Positions 11,960 through 24,098 of a stretch of DNA of 64,000 bases are shown in pieces; the stretch's first letter is position 1; each line of letters opens with the position of its first letter. The position numbers and the translations under genes are program-made. Source of the DNA: Eledone cirrhosa (taxonomy: Eukaryota). The DNA lies in contig OZ024763.1 of assembly GCA_964016885.1 (NCBI GenBank), positions 15,996,001-16,060,000 on the forward strand, written 5' to 3'. A model generated the notes under the pieces. It was given only the letters and a program-made list of their open reading frames with translations, was not told where the DNA came from and searched no databases.

Positions 11960-13240
11960 CCGATTTTATTCCAGCCTCCCCCTCTCTTTTATTCCCCCCC
12001 CAGCTTTTATTCCAACTTCCCCCTTCACTTTTATTCCAGCCTCCCCTCTCTTTTATCCCCCCCCCGCTTTTATTCCAACTTCCCCCTTCACTTTTATTCC
12101 AGCCTCCCCCTCTCTTTTATTCCCCCCCCGCTTTTATTCCAACTTCTCCCTTCACTTTTATTCCAGCCTCCCCCTCTCTTTTATTCCCCCCCGCTTTTAT
12201 TCCAACTTCCCCCTTCACTTTTATTCCAGCCTCCCCCTCTCTTTTATTCCACCCCCCCGCTTTTATTCCAACTTCCCCCTTCACTTTTATTCCAGCCTCC
12301 CCCTCTCTTTTATTCCCCCCCCGCTTTTATTCCAACTTCCCCCTTCACTTTTATTCCAGCCTCCCCCTCTCTTTTATCCCCCCCCCCGCTTTTATTCCAA
12401 CTTCTCCCTTCACTTTTATTCCAGCCTCCCCCTCTCTTTTATTCCCCCCCCCCGCTTTTATTCCAACTTCTCCCTTCACTTTTATTCCAGCCTCCCCCTC
12501 TCTTTTATTCCACCCCCGCTTTTATTCCAACTTCCCCCTTCACTTTTATTCCAGCCTCCCCCTCTCTTTTATTCCACCCCCCCGCTTTTATTCCAACTTC
12601 CCCCTTCACTTTTATTCCAGCCTCCCCCTCTCTTTTATTCCCCCCCGCTTTTATTCCAACTTCCCCCTTCACTTTTATTCCAGCCTCCCCCTCTCTTTTA
12701 TTCCCCCCCCAGCTTTTATTCCAACTTCCCCCTTCACTTTTATTCCAGCCTCCCCCTCTCTTTTATTCCCCCCCCCCCAGCTTTTATTCCAACTTCCCCC
12801 CTTCACTTTTATTCCAGCCTCCCCCTCTCTTTTATTCCACCCCCCCGCTTTTATTCCAACTTCCCCCTTCACTTTTATTCCAGCCTCCCCCTCTCTTTTA
12901 TTCCCCCCCCACTTTTATTCCAACTTCCCCCTTCACTTTTATTCCAGCCTCCCCCTCTCTTTTATTCCCCCCCCCCCGCTTTATTCCAACTTCTCCCTTC
13001 ACTTTTATTCCAGCCACCCCCTCTCTTTTATTCCAACCTCCCCCTTCACTTTTATCCCAGCCCCACCCCGATTTTATTCCAATCTCCCCCTTCACTTTTA
13101 TTTCAATTATTCCAACCTCCCCCCCCCCTCGCTTTTATTCCACCCCCCTCTACCTTTTATTCCAACCTCCCCTTCACTTTTATTCCAGCCTCCCCCCCTC
13201 GCTTTTATTCCAACCTCCCCCTTCACTTTTATTCCAGCCT
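11960..13240. repeat. C-rich minisatellite (about 64-bp unit made of three TTTTATTCC-headed subunits)
   Basis: ttttattccagcctccccctctc / ttttattcc(c)ngc / ttttattccaacttcccccttcac repeated in tandem. Confidence 0.95.
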
Positions 13241-13329
13241 CCGCCTCCGCTTATTAAATTTTGCTAATCTATCTCCGGTGAAATGTTATTGCAAGTGATT
13301 CATATTGATACAGAAGCTGGAGAATCTAA

Positions 13330-13492
13330 TAATTGTTTCTACTATTGGCACAAGGCCAGCAATTACCCAGTGCATTACTGGTACCTTTATTTTATCGACC
13401 TCGTAAGGATGAAAGACAAAATTAAGCCTCAGAATGGCAAGGGCCGTAACTCTATACGTCAAAGCATGGCGTCCGACCCTCTACCGATACTG
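13330..13492 (-). mobile_element. SINE family B (tRNA head, Meta-like central domain)
   Basis: Matches 45400-45590, 47056-47243 and 58982-59172. The family core is ctttcatccttacggggtcgataaaataaagtaccag. Confidence 0.8.
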
Positions 13493-14081
13493 ATAATAAT
13501 TTTATTTTACATTTAAAAAAAAAAACATCCGTCCAAAACATTAAATTGGGTCAAGTATAAAATTTAATAATAATAATAATGAAATTATTGTGTAAAGTGC
13601 TCAGGTGCACTACAACTCGTCAATATAGTACATAGAATAATACACAAATGCCAGGGAAGTACATGTTTGTATGTGTTAGCTGTAGTGTTGGCGGATCTCG
13701 GGAAGCATGGAGGCCTTAAAGGATGCAGCGTCTCGACAGCGTCTCGACAATTTGTAGAATTTTGTAGAAAAAAAACAACAAATTTCTACAAATTTCATAC
13801 TTGACCCAATATATGACAAAAAAAAAACATTACAAGAAATCCCATATCTACGAACGTACACTATATAATTATGGATTTTCTAACCACCCCTTTTTTCCAC
13901 CCAGCCCTTCGCTTATTTCACCTACCAACCCACCCCTTATTATTTGGGACCCGAGAGTATGTGACATAGATGTTTGGAATGTTAAATAAACTCCAGTGGA
14001 CTGGCGCACTCAATCCAATATGAGGTGTGGGGGAAGGGATGAATGGCAGGGAATGAGATGAGATATTTGTGTGAAGGCCGT

Positions 14082-14117
<36 letters not shown>

Positions 14118-14166
14118 CACATATATATATATGTATACACACATATATATGCACATATATATATAT

Positions 14167-14207
<41 letters not shown>

Positions 14208-14274
14208 TATACACATATATATACACATATATATACACATACACACATATATATATACACATATATATACACAT

Positions 14275-14317
<43 letters not shown>

Positions 14318-14320
14318 TAT

Positions 14321-14359
<39 letters not shown>

Positions 14360-14368
14360 TATATACAC

Positions 14369-14449
<81 letters not shown>

Positions 14450-15367
14450 TATATATATGTATACACATATATATACACATATATATATATATACACATAT
14501 ATATATATATGTATACACATATATAGATACATATATATATATATATATATATGTATATACATACATATACACATACATACATATATATTTGTGTGAAGGC
14601 CGTAATACATATATATATATATACACATATATATATATACACATATATATATATATATATATATATATGTATACACACATATATAGATACATATATATAT
14701 ATATACATATATATATACATACATATACACATACATATATGCACACATACACATACATGTATACATACATATATACATATATATATATACATATATATAT
14801 CCATACATAAATACATACAGATATATACATACATATATTCATACATATATACATACAGATATATACATACATATATTCATACATATATACACATACATAC
14901 ATACATATATACATATATGAACACACACATAAATACATATATGCATACATACACACACACACATATACATACACACGCACACACACATATACATACACAC
15001 GCACACACATACATATATATACACAGATAGACAGCATATTGAACCACTGTCAGTCTGTCTGTCTGTCTGTCTAACAATTTGTCTGCTCTCTCTCTTTCTT
15101 TACAAACTCCCCCTCTCTGTTTATATGGTCCACCCTCTCTTTGTCTCTCTACATGCTCCCTCACTCTTTCTCTCTCACTACGAGCTCCCCCGCTCTCTCT
15201 CTACACGTATCCTCCACTCTCTATAAGCTTCCTCTCTCTCACTCTATGGTTCTCTCCCTCTCTCTCATTACAAGCTCCCCCCTTCTCTCTATAAGCTTCC
15301 TCTCTCTCACTGCAAGCTCCCCTTTCTCTCATTACAATCTTCCCTTCTCCCCTCTCTCCATCTATCT

Positions 15368-15620
15368 ACTCTCGGGTCCCAAATAATAGGTGGGGGTGTG
15401 GTTGGAATAAGCAGCGGGCAGGGAGTGGGGGAGAACATTTGCTTAATTGTTTATAAGAGGGGGTTGGGAGTGGTTCGGAATAAACGGAAGAGGGGAGGGA
15501 ATTGGTAATTGTATAGTGTACGTTCGTAAATATGGGATTTCTTGTAATGAGTGTTTTTTTTTTTTGTCATATACTGTATAATGTTGTTTTTTTAATGTAA
15601 AATAAAATAATTATTAGATT
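15368..15620. mobile_element. Inverted copy of the terminal region of the 11680-13959 element
   Basis: TActctcgggtcccaaataatag... and tagtgtacgttcgtaaatatgggatttcttgtaatg are reverse complements of about 13810-13959. Confidence 0.7.
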
Positions 15621-15977
15621 TTCCAGCTGCCGTATCGACCAGGCAGAGTTTATAAAAACTTGAGGCAGGACAAAAGCTCCTTTCTGCCACATTTGCGTCA
15701 GTTTACTGCTATTCAATGCTGTGAAGCCAACAAACCTTCATTTAAAATTTTTTCTACGATTGCACTACCAACCACCAACCACCAACACAAATTCTACGCA
15801 AACCAAGCACTTCAATTCATTTTGTTTTGTGGATGGACTATTTATTCTTCCAAGACAAGCTTTTTTATGGAATACGGATTTAACATCAACACGACTCAAG
15901 TAATTTCTTTTTCAACTCTTTTCACATTTTTAGTTTCCTTTGTTTAGAATTCGTCCTAATCGTAATATTGGTCTTGG

Positions 15978-16651
15978 AAGAGTATCAGACACCATGAGTT
16001 ACTGCCCGAGTTAAGACAATTTGAAATCTTTTCCACCATCAATTGTTAAAAAAACAAGTTAAGATCATTTAGTCGTCCATTCGTAACGTACATTACTCTT
16101 TAGTTACATACACACACACACATCTACACTTAAAAACATAAACAGATACAGACAACAGAAAGAAGGGGCTGTGAAACGCTATAGCAATGTGAGTTGCGTC
16201 CCTTTAGTGTTTACCGGCTACATAGCCTATTCGATTCATCTTTTGTAAGCGAATTTGTTATATATAAAGAAGTATTATTGAAAATTCAGCTCGTCTGTTA
16301 TTCCTGTGATCAGTGCTGGACTTACCATTGTGCTTATGTGTGCTTAAGCGCAGGGCTCTGTTGACCAGGGAGGGGCCCATCTTCCTGTCAAAAAAAGTTT
16401 GAAGAGGCTATGTAGCCGGTCCCCGTAAAATAGACTCCCAGGCTATGTAGCCGCTAAGAGTATCAGACACCACGAATTGCGGCCTTTTACACTCTGAATT
16501 AAGACAATTTGAAATCTTTTCCACCATCAATTGTTAAAAAACAAATTAAAATCATTTAGCCGCCTATTCGTAACGTATGTTACGCTTTAGTTATATACAC
16601 ATACATCTACACGTAAATATATAAACAGATACAGTCAATAGAAGTGCATAC

Positions 16652-16731
<80 letters not shown>

Positions 16732-16882
16732 CTACTCATACATATTCATAAATAGACACATTATACAAAATAATTACATACACACACATTATGAATGATT
16801 GAGGAAGGAAGGGGCTGGTGAAACACTCTAGCGATATGTGTGTTGCGTCCCTTTAGGGTTTACCGGCTACATAGCCTATTCG
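15978..16882. repeat. Diverged direct duplication (about 15978-16233 / 16457-16882) with four copies of a 14-15-bp inverted-repeat motif
   Basis: aagagtatcagacacc...ttgcgtccctttag.gtttaccggctacatagcctattcga occurs twice. ccggctacatagcct is at 16214 and 16863, and its reverse complement is at 16405 and 16440. Confidence 0.8.
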
Positions 16883-17093
16883 AAAAAAAGTTTCTACCTC
16901 CTTCAGGGCTCAAGTAAGGGGCTTCATAGCTTAACTAGCACAGGGCATCGTTTGTCCTAAATCCGATGCCAATGATTTGAACATTTCCACATCAACAAAC
17001 GCAATACTCATATACCATTTCATATACAACTTTTCGTATCTTGCGAAACAAGTGTTTTTCATACATTGACATTTTTAGTTTTAAGTTGTCATC

Positions 17094-19244
17094 ATGTCAG
17101 AGAAAAGAGTATTTCGTGGTTCGACGTATAGAAATTATTACATGGAAGAAAAGCAAGCCCTTGCTATTTTGGTGAGCAAATGCAAAGAGCAGTATGATTT
17201 TGAATTGGAGCAAATGAAGGGGAAAACTCATTGGAATGCTAAAAGAAAACGCTATGTCCGAGACACTCCGAAGCAGGGATATCTTGCCAAGGCAGTCCGC
17301 TTGTTTTATTCGAATTTGGCCAGTGTCAAAAACTCTGATCGTCTATTTGATTCTGCTGTTAAAGTAGCCAAACGTTGCTATGACAAATATCTGGATGGCG
17401 GACTTGATATCGCTGGAAAAAATCCAAGCAAACGTTTCAGAGCAGCTGGAGGAGGTCGTAAAACAAAAGCTCCTTGGGTGAGAGACGCTTTGTTTGAATG
17501 GTTTGTGGACATTAGATCATCGCTGCATGCGAGTTTACCACGAACTATTTTCCTATTACAGGCCGAGAAATTTTATGAGGAGTGGATTTGCCAACACCCA
17601 GAAACACCAGCTGAGAAAAAGCTTTGTTTTTCAAAGAGCTGGATGAAAGGTTGGCAAAGAGAGTATGGGGTATCACTGAAATTTCCAAACAAACGCATTT
17701 CAATCTCCACAGAGCAATGTGTTGAGCGCATTCAGGATTATTTAAAGAACATATGGAGTGTGCGTTGTTATTTCCTTGACAAATTTGGCATAGATCCGCC
17801 TATTATCATGGGAGATCAAATGCCCCTGCATCGGAATGAAAGTAGTGGACATGCAGCATTGTCATTCATAAATCAAGATACGTTCGTCAAAGAAAACCAC
17901 CATTTGTCTAGGGAACGTGTCACAATATTCACCCAGGTCAGCAATGATACCAAAAGCAATCTCATCCCAGAGTTTGTATTTAAAGGAACTGCAAAAAGAC
18001 CACCAGGACTGAATAACTTGACTGGAATGAAATATCAATGGTCTCCTAAAGGATCTTACAGATTAGAACAGCTGCTCAGTACTATTGAAAACCTTCCAGA
18101 CCGATTCAATATGTTTTCATATGTCAACTTTGCTATTTATGTGCTTGATGATTACATGGTTCATTTAATGCCGGAGGTGAGAGATGCCCTATGGAAAAGG
18201 GGTTATGTGTTAGTCATCCTCAGCGGGGGTATCAATGAATATGTTCAAATTAATGACATGCACTTGCACAAGCAACTGAAAGAAAAATATGGTGAAATAG
18301 AGAAAGCAAAGATGCTAGAAAAGTTAATTGAAACTCCGAATAAAATACCCACGCCCAGTCGCTCTGAGATGCTGCAGATGCTGCACCAAGCATATGTAGA
18401 TTGTAGGATTGATGTAGAAGCTGCTTTCAAGTCGACGTGGGCCACAAACGCTTTAGATGGCTCCGAGGATTATATGGTGTCAGACCAAATCATGCAGCTC
18501 GTCGGTCCTTCGATGAGAGAGTTTCGTCTAGAGATGATATCAAAACCTTGCCCAGATACTATCCAGGGAGTCATTGAAAACTTAATTAAACCAAAAGGGG
18601 TCAAGCGTTCAAACAATATTGAAGGCTCAGAACTATTTGATGGTGAGGGCATTGAGGAAAAAACTGGTGTAAGTGAGTCGTGCTCTGAGGATTATAAGGT
18701 GTCAGACCGAATCATGCACCTCGTCGGTCCGTCTATGCGAAAGTTTCGTCTAGACATGATGTCAAAACATTCCCCAAATACTGTCCAGGGAGTCATTGAG
18801 AACTTAAGTCCACCAAAAGGGGTCCAGCGTTCAAACCATATTGAAGGCTCAGAGCTATTTGATGGTGACGGGGTTGAGGAAAAAACCAGCGAAAATAAGT
18901 CGGAAGATGAAAGCGAGCCACCTGGAAATGTTTTTGAGGTGATTGACCTATCTGGAGAAATCCCCATGAAGGTTTTGCAGGAGCCAAAGCACAGCTACGG
19001 TTGGCCAAACATGATGACAGGAAGCTCTAACTCCCTTGTAGGAATCAGCAGTGATGATCAGGTGAATAAGGATGCCCTGTTCCTTGAAAAAATACAGAAG
19101 GTTTTGGATGAGTGTGAGACTTCTACACTTTTCTTGCCATTTCGGGACAAATTTATGACAACGGTCGGTGAAGCGCAGCGATCCGTAAAGAAGCGAATAT
19201 CGAAACCTAGAAGCCTGCAGAAGGACAGTGACGAAAAATCATGA
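17094..19244 (+). CDS. pogo-superfamily transposase or transposase-derived protein (CENP-B/Tc5 HTH plus DDE_1 domain, DD35D), 716 aa
   Basis: Uninterrupted 2151-bp ORF. HTH region GGGRK..DALFEWF..FSKSWMKGW. Catalytic motifs IIMGDQMP, RERVT, PEFVFKG, YVLDDYMVH and VQINDMH, with 35 residues counted between the second and third Asp. Confidence 0.93.
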   Translation: MSEKRVFRGSTYRNYYMEEKQALAILVSKCKEQYDFELEQMKGKTHWNAKRKRYVRDTPKQGYLAKAVRLFYSNLASVKNSDRLFDSAVKVAKRCYDKYLDGGLDIAGKNPSKRFRAAGGGRKTKAPWVRDALFEWFVDIRSSLHASLPRTIFLLQAEKFYEEWICQHPETPAEKKLCFSKSWMKGWQREYGVSLKFPNKRISISTEQCVERIQDYLKNIWSVRCYFLDKFGIDPPIIMGDQMPLHRNESSGHAALSFINQDTFVKENHHLSRERVTIFTQVSNDTKSNLIPEFVFKGTAKRPPGLNNLTGMKYQWSPKGSYRLEQLLSTIENLPDRFNMFSYVNFAIYVLDDYMVHLMPEVRDALWKRGYVLVILSGGINEYVQINDMHLHKQLKEKYGEIEKAKMLEKLIETPNKIPTPSRSEMLQMLHQAYVDCRIDVEAAFKSTWATNALDGSEDYMVSDQIMQLVGPSMREFRLEMISKPCPDTIQGVIENLIKPKGVKRSNNIEGSELFDGEGIEEKTGVSESCSEDYKVSDRIMHLVGPSMRKFRLDMMSKHSPNTVQGVIENLSPPKGVQRSNHIEGSELFDGDGVEEKTSENKSEDESEPPGNVFEVIDLSGEIPMKVLQEPKHSYGWPNMMTGSSNSLVGISSDDQVNKDALFLEKIQKVLDECETSTLFLPFRDKFMTTVGEAQRSVKKRISKPRSLQKDSDEKS

Positions 19245-19267
19245 GCCTCTCATTTATGTCTATTTAC

Positions 19268-19978
19268 CAGAGGTGGGCACTCGATAGCTAGACCCAGACT
19301 TCGATAACGATAGCTCGATAACCTTTTCGAGGAAGGCGACTTCGATAACGATAGATCGATACATACATCCAAAGGTAAGCGAAAGGGGTGGACAAACGAA
19401 ACGCGAGGAGCACTGGAACCTCTCTAATAAGTTTTGAAGCAAGCCAGCAGAGTTACCTCAGGTGATGGCGAGGCTGATGCATTGGAACAGCCAAGCGCCC
19501 TCACGGTTAGTTGAGCCGCCAGTGATGACAAGAAACTCGCAGTCAGCGGCCCGACTCCTCCAAAACGCCTCGAACACACGGCACATCTCAGTATTTCAGA
19601 ATTTTGTTCCGTTCGGCTTCGGAAGCAGTAGCTCTCCCTAACCGCAGCATCCAGGATGTGGGAAGAAGCAAAAGAGTCACTGACTGTGATGTCCCAGGAT
19701 GAGATACCTAGCTCTTATCCAGGGGCACAGGGTAAGACCGTCAGGCCTTTTCCCATCAATTCTAGATAACCCAGACGGTTCCAAAAAATAATTGTTATTA
19801 AATTGTTGGACCTTTATTATGTGTAAGACGCATTAAAAAGTAAAAGAATAAACTGTAAAGACATTTTCAATGAAATTTATCGTTATCCATTGGCCAAAAC
19901 GGTGACTTCGATAATGATGAAATTTGAAACGACTTCGATAATCGTTATCGATAAAAAATATCGAAATGCCCACCACTG
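19268..19978. mobile_element. Non-autonomous hAT-type element (711 bp)
   Basis: TIRs cagaggtgggca / tgcccaccactg (1 mismatch). 8-bp TSD ctatttac at 19260-19267 and 19979-19986. Subterminal (gact)tcgataa repeats at both ends. Confidence 0.92.
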
Positions 19979-20316
19979 CTATTTACGAAGTGTTATGTTT
20001 TATTATGTATAGTATAATAAATATTTCTAATTATACTCTTTTCATTGTTTTACTTTCCTTTCTTTTTAAGAAGTGTTGCTTGTATCAAGCTTTGTTTACA
20101 AGTCCTCAGCATTTGAGCAAAAAAAAAAAAAAATACCATAATTACTTTCGGCGGAAGCAGGGTGTGCGTGGCTCTGATGATCGCCAAACAGCGTGAAACA
20201 GAATGTTAGCTTCTCTCCCTTCTTTCGCCGAAAAGAAGTAAGTGACATAGTAAGTGACATAGTTTATAAACATACGGTATATTGCCAAATATACTATACA
20301 TACATTCATATGTATA

Positions 20317-20373
<57 letters not shown>

Positions 20374-20428
20374 GGGTTCTACTGGACTAGAACTGTTTCA
20401 TTCGGAAGAAATCACCAGGAAAGACCTG

Positions 20429-20470
<42 letters not shown>

Positions 20471-20649
20471 GTAAATATGTATATATATATGTATATATAT
20501 ATATATACATATTATATATATATATATTATATATATATATATAATGAAATAAATATGGTTTTATAAATATAGTTTTCCATTTATTTAATATTTAATATTG
20601 TATATTATATATATATATATATATAATATATATATATATATATTATATA

Positions 20650-20730
<81 letters not shown>

Positions 20731-20873
20731 GTATATATATATTTATGTGTTAGGTAATTCCGAAGAAAAAGCAAAGGAAAAAGAGTGCTCTATGTATAGA
20801 ACAGACCTATTTAATGGAGTAGTTATATATTGTGTTGTTCACTTTCTAATAAATATCTAGATAGTTATATATA

Positions 20874-20912
<39 letters not shown>

Positions 20913-21262
20913 GGGGTGTCGTATCAGTGTCAATCTAATTAAGGGGAGACTAGGTGGTGGTGTGAAAGGAATAAAATAGTTTGTGACATTCTATCAATGG
21001 AGAGCGACAATGTAATTTGATTGGATGATATCGTTACGTGAATATGACGTATGTAGAAACGAGGGGTGGAGGCAATGGGAGGTTGAATCATTAATGGAAT
21101 TAATGGACAAAAGAATGTGATAATTTCTTAACCAATCAAATCTCATCCCTGTTTTGCACTTAACATACAAACGTCTGCTTGTAAGGTCGTCTGCTTAGAT
21201 GATCGTCTGCTGGTATATTTCTGTGTACATAAATATATTTTGAACGTCTATTCGCATATTTC

Positions 21263-21349
<87 letters not shown>

Positions 21350-21495
21350 TGTGGCTTCTACAGCACTAGAAGTGTTTTATTCGGAGGAAATCACCAGGAA
21401 AGCCTGACATTTTCCCCCGAATGAAACAGTTCTAGTCCTGTAGAAGCCACTTCTATATCAAATATTTATACTCTGCTATGTATTGAGTACCTTAT
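21350..21495. mobile_element. Hammerhead-bearing repeat family with a partial inverted duplication (other copies at about 20373-20425, 24828-24915, 30885-31045, 32580-32725)
   Basis: Consensus ggctttc-CTGRTGA-tttcttccgaat-GAAACAG ttctagtc CTGTA-gaagcc, with an associated flank ...aaggtactcaatacatagcagagtata. Confidence 0.65.
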
Positions 21496-21504
21496 TTATG
21501 GGAT

Positions 21505-21559
<55 letters not shown>

Positions 21560-21585
21560 AAAAGAATCAAGACCCCGAGGGCTGA

Positions 21586-21616
21586 GCTCCAGCCGTTTCG
21601 ACAGCTAGATCCGAAC

Positions 21617-21656
<40 letters not shown>

Positions 21657-21686
21657 GTTCGGATCTAGCTGTCGAACGGCTGGAGC
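21586..21686. repeat. Palindrome centred on (TA)n
   Basis: gctccagccgtttcgacagctagatccgaaccc (TA)n gggttcggatctagctgtcgaacggctggagc. A related hairpin lies at 60150-60232. Confidence 0.85.
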
Positions 21687-21717
<31 letters not shown>

Positions 21718-22099
21718 CACATAAATATAAATATATATATATATATTTCTGTGAGTGTGTGTGTGTGTATGCTTAGATTCGGATAGAATGCTCTGCAGTA
21801 TTCGTTCCGGCGCTCTGTGCTCTGAGTTGAAATCCCACCACTAAAACAAATACCAGTCGTGTACTAGGGCTCATTCTCTCCCCCCCCCCCCCGCATATAT
21901 CTCTATCTCACTTTCTCTCTCTATCATTTCCACTCTCTCTTCTTCTCGGAAAGAAATTTGGTGTGTTTAGACCAGGAGAACCAATGAGTTCCATCAGTTT
22001 TTTTCTTTCTTTTAAATGCCCAAGACATGCTGTATGTCACTGAGGCACCCTACGACTCCATCAAGAGTTACGGGTCTATACATACATACATACATACAT

Positions 22100-22555
22100 A
22101 CATGATGGCTGCAAACTCTGCTAAGAGTATTGCAATCGCTTGTCAGGTTATAGAGTTTGGTGCACTTTTAGGCTACAGCCAGTCACACAAACCTGTAACA
22201 TACACTGAACAAACAATACCTGTGCTTTGAAGGGTTTTTTAAGTGAGGAAAGGCCTTGCACTCGACCAATCCCACTCTCTGAGCATCGCAAACACTACCC
22301 GAAAACGAGAACTAATCAACATCATCGGATGCTTCAGAAGCCGTAGGTTTTTCAGAGTTTCCCTCTCCTAGAAAGGTGTTGTGACAACAACTGGGGCCCT
22401 TTCACTCCCCCCAAAATACTTTTTGGATGGCCGTTGACTCTGCTGAGTTCCTCCGCCATTTGCCGGGTCTTGTATTTCATCACACAGGGTGTTCAAATAT
22501 CACCCACCTCACCAAGCTAGCTTCGTGGGGTTGCGGGTTTGTACTGGGTTACATA
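22100..22555 (-). mobile_element. Diverged relative of the bipartite RTE-derived element (also 42240-42570 + and partial 23754-24012 -)
   Basis: Shares cagagtttt/ccctctcctagaa, ttggatggcc.ttgactc, gtactggg and the ...gcagccatcatgtatgta tail. Confidence 0.65.
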
Positions 22556-22563
22556 CATAGATA

Positions 22564-22763
22564 NNNNNNNNNNNNNNNNNNNNNNNNNNNNNNNNNNNNN
22601 NNNNNNNNNNNNNNNNNNNNNNNNNNNNNNNNNNNNNNNNNNNNNNNNNNNNNNNNNNNNNNNNNNNNNNNNNNNNNNNNNNNNNNNNNNNNNNNNNNNN
22701 NNNNNNNNNNNNNNNNNNNNNNNNNNNNNNNNNNNNNNNNNNNNNNNNNNNNNNNNNNNNNNN
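22564..22763. other. Assembly gap (200 N)
   Basis: Run of N. Confidence 1.
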
Positions 22764-22834
<71 letters not shown>

Positions 22835-22909
22835 TATATGTATGTTATATATATGTATATATATATATGTATATATATGTATATATATATATATGTATAT
22901 ATATATATG

Positions 22910-22962
<53 letters not shown>

Positions 22963-23203
22963 GTATATATGTATATGTATATATATGTATATGTATGTAT
23001 ATGTATATATATGTATATGTATGTATATGTATATATATGTATATGTATGTATATGTATATATATGTATATGTATGTATATGTATATATATGTATATATAT
23101 GTATATATATGTATATATATGTATATGTATATATATGTATATATATGTATATGTATATATATGTATATATATGTATATATATATATGTATATATATGTAT
23201 ATA

Positions 23204-23282
<79 letters not shown>

Positions 23283-23283
23283 G

Positions 23284-23330
<47 letters not shown>

Positions 23331-23407
23331 GTATATATATATGTATATATATATGTATATGTATATATATATGTATATATATATGTATATATATATGTAT
23401 ATATGTA

Positions 23408-23438
<31 letters not shown>

Positions 23439-23509
23439 ATATATATATGTATATATATATGTATATATATATATGTATATCTTTATATGTATATGTATAT
23501 GTATATATG

Positions 23510-23540
<31 letters not shown>

Positions 23541-23579
23541 GTATATGTATGTATGTATATATATGTATATATATATATG

Positions 23580-23630
<51 letters not shown>

Positions 23631-24056
23631 GTATATATATATATGTATATATATATATGTATATATATATATGTATATATATATATGTATATATATATAT
23701 GTATATATATATATGTGTATATATATATGTATATATATATGTATATATATGCGTATCAGAGTTTTCCTTCTCCTAGAATTCTGCCTTGACAAAGGCTAAG
23801 GGGTCATCTCTCCCGGTGATTTTGGATGGCCATTGACTCTTAAGAGCTCCTTTGCCCTTTGACAGGTTTTGTTTTTAGACCTGCAGGATGTCCAAAGTCA
23901 CCCTCCTCACGAAGAAACCTTGGTGGGGTTGCCAGTTTAGTCGCCAACGACCCGACCATGAGACAGGTTGTACTGGGATACATGTTACCAGTAGCACCAA
24001 CCGGTGACCTGACACACATATATATATATATATATATATAAAATAATCATATTACT

Positions 24057-24098
<42 letters not shown>

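Larger units (their letters stand above)
11680..13959. mobile_element. Probable non-autonomous TA-flanked DNA transposon with nested SINE and CR1 pieces
   Basis: The right end attatttgggacccgagagTA is complementary to the left-end type tactcttgagtcttaaataat seen at about 61154 and, degraded, at about 11680. The internal motifs attaaatttttcagattttt and cgcttattaaattttgctaatc are shared with 61150-61260. Confidence 0.5.

Noticed and set aside
11727-13298. 523-aa Pro/Phe-rich ORF
   Set aside because: Translation of a C/T-rich minisatellite with homopolymer indels.
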